A stretch of DNA of 64,000 nt from Octopus vulgaris (taxonomy: Eukaryota), in contig OX597815.1 of the NCBI GenBank assembly GCA_951406725.2, forward strand, positions 77,748,001 through 77,812,000, read 5' to 3'. Below, piece after piece: positions 38,106-48,400 of this stretch; positions within the stretch are counted from its first letter, which is position 1; every line of letters begins with the position of its first letter. A program made the position numbers and the translations under genes. Below the pieces are notes generated by a model, which did no database searches, was not told where the DNA came from, and saw only the letters and a program-made list of their open reading frames with translations.

Positions 38106-39873
38106 GATTTTATTACTACCCACAAGGGGCGAACATAGATGGGACAATACAATCGGGGAACTTAAAATAAGAAAGCGAATGACAAGAAAAGGAAAAAATA
38201 AAAGTAAAAAATGACATATGAAAGAATATTTACAATGAGATGTAAATGCCCACTCGATCCCCGGAATCGAGAGGTTACATTTTCGTCACATATATTTCAC
38301 AAATTTTCTTTTTTTTCTTCTTTCTTCTTCTCTCTCTTCTCACAATTCTATACATATTCCATAATAGCTTTCAATTCTCTAAAGTCCATCACTGAGCCCT
38401 CAGGCAGCCGCTCTCTCACTCGAACACTCGTGTAAAATATTACACTCTCCCCGGCAGCTCTGAGGAACTCAGCGACTCTTTCTTCGGGGATTAGAGCAGT
38501 CTCCTGCCACTGATCGGTCATCCTGTTGACCCATATATGTCCCTCCGTATTACATGTCAAGTCTTTCATTTCAGGGCAGAAATGGAAGGTTACTAACTTG
38601 TAGAAGCAGTAATCTTGTTTCCGTCCTACGTTTTCCTTCATTTTTCTTTTCGGGCTTATTTCTTCCTTGTTCTCCTCTCTTTGTTTCTCTCTTTCTCTCT
38701 TTTTGCCTTCTTTTCTTTCTCCTTCCTTCTCTTGTCTTTTTGGTTCTTTGTCTGTTCTCTCTTTCTCTCGTGTTTTATGTTCCTTTTCTTTTTCTTTTTG
38801 TGTGCCGTCTTTTCTTTTCGTTTGATTCTGATCTCTCTCTTGTTTTTTTCCTGTTGTTTCTTTTTCCTTTTTTTTTCCTGACTCTGTTTTGGTTCTATTT
38901 CTTTCTTTTCTTTTATTTCTTTTTCCTTCATTGACTTATTATTTCCTTTCTCTTGTTGTTTTGTTTCCTTATCTATGTTTTCTTTTTCATTTACCGTATT
39001 CTTCTTTTCTTCAAGTTCCTGCTCGCACTCCGCTACGAATTCATATAACGGGCACTCTTTTTTAATGTGCCCCCTTGTCCCACACAAGTAACAGTTTGGT
39101 TTTCTTCCCTCTACAATTACACTGAGGGTTTTTTCATCTTCAATTTCAATTCTGTAGGGGAACCTTTCAATGTCCTCTTTTGTGGCCATCAAACACAGTT
39201 CTACCCCATATCCTCTCCAGTTTACGCGTTGGACTCCTTAAAGGATTCCACCTCCACTTCCTCTTCTGCTGCTCCTAGAATAGCTGTTGCCAGCCATTCT
39301 GTTTTCACTTCTGGGGGTATATTCGGGATTTTAACCCGGACCCCTCTTCTTCCCTTGTATGAGGGCCACATTGTAAATTTTTCGGCTCTTAGTACGGTGG
39401 TAGCCAGTGAGGCTGCAATTTCTTCTGTTGCACATCTCACCTCCACCGTACCAAATTTCTTGCCTCTACTCACGTAGGTTGATTTCCCCATTATGTCTCC
39501 CAGACATTTTTCAATTTCGGCTATCTCCACTCTTGCCAGTTTCTTCGTATTTTTGTCTTGGGTTCTATATGTCACTGTCTTGCTTTCTTTGTCCTCTTTT
39601 GCTTTCGCGGGGGGATTAGCTTCACGCTATCACCCTCCCTTTTGAAGAGCTTTTCATATTCTTTGAGTTTATCCTTCTCAAAGAAAACATCCTTTATGAT
39701 TATCGATGAATCATTATTTTTCCCGGTGACCCCCGCGTAAGTCGCCATGACTAGAGGGTCAATTCACCTTCTTCGGAAGGTTTCCACACGTGGAGGCAAA
39801 CGCCTCGCGCGATATTAATCAATTTACACGGAAACAATTTCAACGTCTAGTCACAGATAACAACACGCATAGA
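38106..39873 (-). mobile_element. Element D: second ORF1-only element, highly similar but not identical to C
   Basis: Colinear with C end to end with scattered substitutions; flanked by tttcagacaggt (38094-38105, 39874-39885). Confidence 0.9.
38348..39748 (-). pseudogene. ORF1-like gene of D with 1-bp frameshifts
   Basis: Track pieces 39222-39575, 38656-39192, 38348-38641 match the C protein. Confidence 0.85.
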
Positions 39874-39885
39874 TTTCAGACAGGT

Positions 39886-39950
39886 GCTCAAATCTTCTTT
39901 TTTCTTTACATTGTATACTTTATAGACAATAGTCTTTTCTTTAATTTGAT
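39886..39950 (-). pseudogene. Upstream half of the decayed ORF1 split by the array
   Basis: IKEKTIVYKVYNVKKK..EH joins LEESTFEKRL at 25882; aligns with B ORF1 NRRIIYKTFSITSRAIQKIEEKKIENCL. Confidence 0.72.
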
Positions 39951-40446
39951 TTTTTATTATCCATCTGGACTATTCCATTTCTGCACACTAATTTTATTTT
40001 TAATTTATTCCCATTCATGTGAAACCACTTATTCAAGTTCAAGTCATTGATGCAATTTTATACCAATTGCTATTTTTACTTTTGTTATGTTACAATTACA
40101 TTATACTTTAGTTTGATTTTAATTATTACTTACTACATATAATTCAATTGTTATTATTATCTCTAATTTTTATTGTTAAAGTGAAAGTATCTGATATAAA
40201 ATAGAGAAATGTTTTTGTTTCACTTTTAACACGTAATACTGAAATAGTGGAAAAGATATGATATTGCTATGGGCTCGCTCTAGGCAAGAAGTTGAACATT
40301 TTTTTTGCCCATGAAACTACATGGACCCTAAGTAAGGCATGTGTAAAATTTGAATGAAATTGGTTGTGTAGTTCTCAAGTTTTAGGGAAACACACAGACA
40401 GACAGACACACACACATTCTCAGTTTTATATATAGAGAGATAGATA

Positions 40447-41430
40447 TAGATAATTGTATAGAATACAATTATAATTAAGGGCACAGAAGCTACTGTAGTG
40501 AACTCCAGTAAACTTCCTCTTTCTAGTATATATACATACACACGAACGTAGCAGGTAACAGTTAACCTTTAGGTGCTGTTTTGGACCCTGTTGCCATTAT
40601 AGATGGATAGTTGTATTCCATCTAATGTGACTCTACTCAGAAGGCTGTAATATCATTTGACAAGAACACGGTATAAAGAAATACATGGAACAAGGTGGTG
40701 ACTTTAAATGTCTTTAATGTGGGCCTCACATACATACATATATATACAAGCTGAATGATAAATGGAAGTGGTTGATGGACATTTATTCATATATCTACAT
40801 GCATCTATGTGGGTTGTATGTTAGCTGTTAATCTTGGTGAGGAAGCTCATGAACAGTGATATGTTAGAACCTGTGCAGTGTGTTGGTGCTGTGTGGAGAT
40901 GTTGTTGATGACATTGGTGAGAGACATAATGGTGGCAATGTAATGTTGTCAGTGGTTAGACCTTAGAAGGTCTGGAACCAACAGACTCCAAGACTAGGAA
41001 GAGGTGAGTTTTTATAGCTAACAGTAAGCTCAAATGTAGTTTAGAACAGACTGCCTCACGTGATTCATTTGGAGGCTGCGATTGGTTGGGTTGTATATTG
41101 GTATGGATAGAGTAAGAGAGAAATTGCGCCAGTACTAACCTATCAGTGTGGTAGACACAACGGAGTCCAAAACACTACCCAAAGGTTACCTGTTACTTAC
41201 TACGTTCGTATGTATGTATATATAATAGAGAGAGGAAGTTCACTAGAGTTCATTATATTATAGAAGAATAGTGTGGTCTTCCATCTATACTACCATGCCT
41301 ATATGCTTTTCAGCCTGTGTATTTTTGAAGTGAAACATATAGTGGCTGGATGTATTTGGCATCTACTTCTAGCATATAGGCATGGTAGTTTCTGTGCCCT
41401 TAATTTAATTTTATTCTATGCAATTATCTC
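40447..41430. repeat. Diverged long inverted repeat (fold-back; possibly Penelope-derived)
   Basis: 40498-40595 pairs with 41157-41253; 40447-40493 pairs with 41385-41430. Confidence 0.8.
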
Positions 41431-41466
41431 TCTCTTTCTCTCTCTTCCTCTCTTTCTTTCTCTCTC

Positions 41467-41516
<50 letters not shown>

Positions 41517-41742
41517 ATAATAAAGGGTAAAATTAATTAATTAATTAATAATTAATAATTTTACCAAGTAGTTCGGTATGTTAAAGAACCATTATCGGTA
41601 ACCTTGTACAAAAATTCTATAATTATAAGCATAATATTAATTAGGGTTCAGCAAATTCCTTCACCACATACCGAAATTTAGAAATAGCAGTCAAATACTA
41701 TTCCTCTACCATAAGATATCTCCCAGACAGCTTATAATTAAA

Positions 41743-41785
<43 letters not shown>

Positions 41786-42001
41786 ATTTCTTTCACTTTC
41801 CATTTGTGAAGCCCATTCAAAAAGCTTTGGTCCTCTTGGGGCTATTGTAGAAGACACTTGCCCAAAGTGCCACTCAGTAAGGACTAAACTTGAGACTATG
41901 GTGGTTAGGACACCGACTTCTCAACCACACAGCCATGACTTAGGAGCCAAAAATTGCATCCAAAATTAAAACCATAGCATGCTTTATATATGTGAATATA
42001 T

Positions 42002-42053
<52 letters not shown>

Positions 42054-44689
42054 ATGTATGTTTGTGTGTGTATATATATATATATTATATTTACATACAT
42101 ACACACACATACATACACACTATAAAATGCAGTTTCACCTTCAGTAAATTGTAATGTATAATGCTGTTAAACCACTTGACTTTATGTGGTAGAAATGTAA
42201 ATTCCAATTCACACCCTTATCTCCACATTGACTTCCTCTTGCTACAACAATACAACATGAACCATGGTGGTTTGGCTTGATTGCAGTTGACTTAGCAAAC
42301 AATATCTTAGGTTTGAACTGTTTAATAATAACATTTAGAATGTTATGAACATCTCTGGCAAATTGTAATAAACTGCAAATAGTTAATTTATTTACTGGGT
42401 ACAAACAAGAATAGTGTATTAATACTTGAAATTGAATCTATTAATCTTTTTCATACCAAGCTCGTCCATCCAAAACCGCTTGCTATGAAACCAACCTTTG
42501 CTTTCTTAGTTATCTGAATTAAAAACCTTCCATTATACTTTCATGTTAATTTTATGCTATGAAAAACACCTGCTTTAATAATGATAAAGGTATTATAGTA
42601 AATACTTCATTATTTAGAATATTAATTGAAGCTGTTGCAACAAATTTCAATCATCATCATCATCATCATCATCATTTTAATATCCAGTTTTTCATGCTTA
42701 CATGGGTCAGATGGAATTTTGTTAAGGCATATTTTCTATGGCCAGTTGCTCTTCCTGTTGCCAACCCATACCTGTTTCCAGGTTAAGTAATATATTCCCA
42801 CGACCAGGTGTTTTTTGCATGGAAGGCTGGATACAAACAAACTTGTTTGTATCTTGATAGTTCTCATTTACAACCATTACATGATATCACAACAAGGGTA
42901 CACAGACACATACACACATGCATGCACACATGCACTCACATATATATGCTCTCACATGCACTCACATAAACATACTCATATACACACACATGTATACACA
43001 AAGGGGCTTTTTTCCAGATTCTGTCTATCAAGTTCATTTGGTCAGCCCAAGGCTAAAGTAGAAAACATTTGCCCAAGGTGCCATATGGTAGGACTGAACC
43101 AGAGACCACATGGTTGGGAAACATGCTCCTTAACCTCACAACCATGCCTGTACATGTTATAGGGTAGCAAAAAAGTTAAATAACTATTTCACAGTTTTTC
43201 ATCTAAAAATGTTTGCTTCTACTCACTTGGCTCTAAACCATCTTGTTTTCAGTTAAGCTAAGCAGATAAACTAATATGCCTAACCTAAAGACATAGCTTG
43301 AACTGTATTAACTCTCTTAATCAATAAGTGTCTACACATCTCTGTTACTAAATGGAAATCATGACAAACTGCCTCAGTTCCTTTAGCTGCTAACCTATTT
43401 CTTTCTAGTCAGTTTTATATCAAGATATTATCACTTCAGATTCACATTTGCCTAAAGCCCCAAATGCTTCTAACAGTCAAGTGGTTTGCTTCAGTTAGTT
43501 GATTTCTTTTGTCTTTCAAGGCTACTATGTCATACTAAAATTCCTGCTCTTGAGAACTTCAGATTCTTATGAATGAAGTACTGCTCTTGTTTTCACTTCC
43601 TTTGAATAACAGACATGGCCTTTTGAATGAAATTCAATAAATTAATTGCTTCCATCTGACTAATAATAATAATAATAGTAATGATGATGATGATTCAAAA
43701 TTAATCAGAAATTGGAGAACAATCCCACTTGAGCATTGAAGAATGGTTATAAAATAGAAAAGAAAGTATCTTTAAAATGAAGTGAAGCTTGTGTACAACT
43801 TTTGACCAAATTTAATTTACTTGCAAGATGGTGCTACTAAACAAATTAATTTCTATAATCTTAAATGTCAACTTCTGCAAGAGATCTTGGAAATGTTCTA
43901 GGTTATTGATTTTCATGTGAGAGGATTTTGGTTTTGCTAAACCCGCAAACTACATGGTAATTTCCAGTTCATTTGACCCTTCACCACCAATTTATTCTCT
44001 TCCTGTTATTCTACTTGCTCTGTGACTGCTTTAAGTGTAACATCAGGCACCAAATACCAATAACACTGATGGGTAACAGGATACAAATTACTGTCTTCCT
44101 TAGATATGAGTCTGACAACTTATATCCATCCACTCAGATAGATTTTTAGATGGTTATCATCAATAGTTGCTGAAATATTCTAATTTTCTCTAAGAAGCCA
44201 CAACAAAATGATTGAACTCAACCTGCTAGAAAGAGCAGCTAAATTTTCCTCAAATCAAACTGTACTGCAAAAGACAAAAAGAATATATTGGACAGTGTAG
44301 GCTCTAGTATATACAAATAAATGTGATGGTCGTGGCTGGACTGCTTTGATCATATGTCTACTTCATTTGTGCTACATAGAACTGAACAACACTAACAACA
44401 GGTTTTTAACTTTTAGCACTCATAAATTGTTTATTTTAGTAAAAATACTGAACTGCTTCAAGTAGGATGTTGAAAGGTATGATGTGGGGAGCAGGAACAT
44501 GTTTACTGTTGTGGAGATTTGTGGCTACCTTGCATTTTAGATGAGGTGGATGGAGTATGTCAAAAAAAGAGGCAAATGTGGTGGTGACAAGGTGCCAGAA
44601 TGTACACTTGTTATCATGCATCCATGTATATGTATGTATATATATATATATTTATATATATATATATATCAAACAAAATCAAACAAAAT

Positions 44690-45060
44690 CAAAATAGATG
44701 AACATCAATGGAATTTGTATCTTTGTGGTACCAGTGCCGGTGGCACACAAGAGCCAAATCTCTGGCCTGGTGCAGCCTTCGGGCTCCCCCGACACCAGTT
44801 GAACCGTCCAACCCATGCTAGCATGGAAAGCTGACGTTAAATGATGATGATGATGATGATGATATCATCATCTTTTAACATCCGTCTTTCATGCATTCAT
44901 GGGTAGGATGGTTGACAGGAGCCAGCCAACTAGAAAACTACTCTAGGTTACTGTATTTGTTTTGGTAGGGTTTTTATGGCTGGATGCCCTTCCTAACATC
45001 AACCTCTCTGCAGAGTGAACTCAGTACTTTTTACATGGTACTAGCTCAGTTAAGATTACT
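44690..45060. mobile_element. Two (GAT)n-tailed repeats joined tail-to-tail at a (GAT)n/(ATC)n tract
   Basis: ccatgctagcatggaaagctgacgttaaatgatgatg...atcatcatcttttaacatccgtctttcatgc. Confidence 0.7.
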
Positions 45061-48008
45061 TTTGACATGATTTTTACAGATGCACAAATGATTTGTTTAT
45101 AATGTTCCACCCATGGGAGGTGGATGTTAAACGATGATAATGGTGATGATGATGATGATGATCAAATATTTGTGCCGCATATCACTCTCTCCATCAAATC
45201 AACATTGTCTGTACAGGTGCACTGTGTACCATGCGTCAGGCTTTGAAGTGATCACAGAGCAACATGAGATGAAGTGTTTTGCTCAAGAACACAATGTACC
45301 ACCCAGTCTAGGAATTTAACTCCCTCACCACTAAGCTATGTACCTCACTATACAAGTTTATATGTATGTATATAATTTGCAAAGTTACTTGGTTTATCCT
45401 TCCAGTGCAGGTGCCACTTAAAAAGCACCCAGTCTACATTGTAAAGTGGTTGGCATTAAGAAGGGCATCCAGCAGCAAAAACTGTGCCAAAACTGACCTC
45501 ACCTGTGTGAGTGCCACATAAAAAAGCACTCAGCTCACTCAGCAGAGTGGTTGGTGTTAGAAAGGGCATCCAACCATAAAAACCATGCCAAAACAGACAC
45601 AGAAACATGGTGCAGGCTCTGCCTGGCCAGCTCCTGTCAAACTGTTCAACCCATGCCAGCATGGAAGGAGGATGTTTAACAATGATGATGATGAGTACTG
45701 TTAGATCATTGTTAGTGCTACTGTAACATGTAACTCTGTACAGCCTGCTTGGCAAGGAGATTGGTTTTTGTAGGACACTCCACAAGACAAAACCTATCAA
45801 AGGATTGATGAACTCAGTAGCATCAACAACCATCCAGCAGCTGCAAGTCAGAGATACCTTATCTTTGTTTAAATATTTCTTGAAAAGAAGGAAAATTCTG
45901 ATCTAACACTTACAACTTTGTTTGCATCTAATGATGTCATCTAGTTTGTCTTTTTGGGAAAATTCTTGCATTGTTTAGAGAGTGGGCCTTGCCTTATTTT
46001 GAAAAGTTTCAGGCTCTGGTATTGCTTTTTTTTTTTTTTAAACATCTGTTATGTGTTGCATACTATGGCTGGCCATAGTCATAAAAGGCAAAACACTCAA
46101 TGATTGAATGAAGGTGTGAGTGGGGTAGCTCTCTGAACAAGTGGCACCCATCATTGCCACATCGCTGCTGCTTTAGGAGAACAGGCAAGTGATGACATTG
46201 CTTAAGATCAAATTGCAACCATCATGTGTGTGTGTGTGTATTTTGGTATTTATTCATTTGTTTCTGCTAGAAATATTTGAAATATTCCTATGTTAAGTTC
46301 TTGTATCAAGGTTCTATTGGTCAGCAAGACTAGGTATATTCATGTGTACTAGAAGTAAGTGGATAGTTGTCCCAATATAAAACAAGTATTTAACAATAGG
46401 CAGTGATCCTTGTTGAATAGAAACAAATATTTAATATTTTCCAGATGGTCAGAGTAAGATGAGATAGTGTAATGTATATGGTAGAGAGATTTAGCTTGTT
46501 TGTTTGCCTAACTGTAGCACCTTAGTCAGTCAACAAATTTAATTCTAAGTGGACATACACAGGGGCACTCTTTAAATTTGTAAAAAAAAACAAAAAAAAA
46601 CAATATTGTCGTGTATGATATAAAGAGGATTTTCTCTTTCCTTTCTTAATTTTTTCTTTTTATTACAAATTTGGACATTTGTGTGCATAAGTCACCCAAA
46701 TGGTTTACAGCTTTTAGTATTGCCTGTTCATGAATATGTGCTTGTTTGCTTGTATGTATGTGTATGTATATATGTGTGTGTGCATGTATGTCTATGTATG
46801 TATATATGTATGTATGCACATGTTTTCTCTTATTTTTTTTCACACAGATGCATGCTCAAACACACCAATGCACCAATACTTTATGTCTATAAATAAACAT
46901 TATGCTTGAAATGTGGGACATAATTAACAAAATATTCAGAAGCTATTTAACATGGTTTTCTAAACTTGAGGACATAAAAATACTTCCTCTTAAGGTTCAG
47001 TTCTTGTAATAGCAGGATAACAAACTGGACAACAGTTTTATATTTCTAATAGTAATTGTTCTTCTGTGATATCTGTTTGAATAGTACTATACAGGGTGAT
47101 AAATCTTGTTTTTATAATAACTACAGTACCAACTATACAACATGGATCTGGATGAGTTGTGAAGTAACAATGTAGCCAGTCAGTTCAATCCTTATCACAG
47201 TCTGTCAGATTGGCTTTCCTGGGGGCTATAATTTTACAAGGAGATTAAATGCATATTGATATGACGTAATAAAACAATGGCATTTCTCACAAAACTAGTT
47301 ACGTTAGTTTCTTATCCTAACTTATTTGAAAGCATTAAATAAAAGCCTTTGTGTGGGAGTGATACAGTAAAGTTTGCATGGGTTAGTTACCATCATCTTC
47401 ATCTTCTTTATCATTTTATGTTAACTTTTCATGTCTTGTAAATTATATGGGTTGTTATGGGCTGTGTTACTTTTTATTAACAGTTACTACCTTTCTAGCT
47501 GGCTCAGAAGACCACATCTAATACAAACATTGTAGTTTCGGTTTAGTTTGTATAATTTTTGGTTTGGTTTCCACTGTTTTTGGCTTGGCTTCTAAGGAAG
47601 GCTGTACTTCCTTTCTATCACCAACCACTTCACAGTGTGAACTGGAAGCATACTATCATAGCTGCAGCACTTGAGTGGTCATCTTGTCCCCAACAAGACT
47701 AAAGGGTTGTGGTTAGTTGTAGGATTAATCATGATTCTGTATTTTTACAATGATTTACATATTCATTTTTAATATATTTCAGCAGATTCATATGTAAATA
47801 TGCTAATATTTGTAGTATTTTGCCATTTGAGAACAGCTTCACCTTTCAGATGAATGTGTGTTTATCACACATTCAATTCATTAGCTTAAAGGAACTTTGG
47901 AGCACCAAGTTTATGATCAATGAAGTGAATGGATGTTAAGGTATATAGATAGAAAGTTGATTGCATCTGTATCAATGGTTTGTTAGGGTAGCATGTAAGG
48001 GGGTTAAT

Positions 48009-48400
48009 TAGGTCTGGTCATAAATAGAAACAGTACTTAGGTCTGGTTATAACTGGAAGTAGTAGTTAGGTCTCAGAACTGGAAGCAGTAGCTAAGTCTT
48101 AAGTATAGAGTTCCAATACAGTGGTCTATAGTTCATGGTCTGAAGTATAGTAGTTCAGCAAAGTGGTTTTTGGATATTGCTTTGAACTACAGCAGCTCAA
48201 TAAAAGAAGTTTGTACTCAGTGGTGTGAAATATTACAGCTCAGCAAAATAGTTTTTGAGTTTTAGTCTGAAATACTCTGGTTTAGTAAAGTGGTTTTATA
48301 GATCAAGGTTTGAAATAACAAATGTTTTTCTAGGCTATTGTCTGAAATATGTTGGTTCAGAAAGAGGTTTTTAATTCATGGTTTGAAATACAATCTTTTA
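48009..48400. repeat. Degenerate minisatellites (~29-bp x3, then ~44-bp x6)
   Basis: Repeated taggtctggt(c/t)ataa..gaa.cagta and tgaaata...ttcag.aaagtggtttt. Confidence 0.65.

Larger units (their letters stand above)
25400..40450 (-). mobile_element. Non-autonomous Helitron hosting the retrotransposon array (own sequence ~25400-25560 and ~40050-40450)
   Basis: Minus strand 5' end A|TCTATATCTATCTCTCTATATATAAAACTGAGAATGTG..(GTCT)n at ~40450; 3' end GC hairpin gacccggcaacgacaggtc (25410-25428) then CTAG|T at 25400; no TSD. Pairing of the two ends is inferred. Confidence 0.7.

Noticed and set aside
29533-39575. Frameshifts as proof the elements are dead
   Set aside because: They are single-base indels, many in short homopolymers, with almost no nonsense substitutions, which is typical of long-read consensus error; undecidable without reads.
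26241-39740. Plus-strand ORFs within the array
   Set aside because: Antisense shadows of ORF1/ORF2 with no independent motifs.
36321-39873. C/D as an assembly duplication
   Set aside because: They differ by multiple substitutions including synonymous ones, and each is bounded by the target motif; an older unequal crossover is not excluded.
25871-39885. Junction repeats as a CRISPR array or LTRs
   Set aside because: Units are kb-long retroelements; no cas, integrase or TG..CA LTRs; the RT is non-LTR type with APE.
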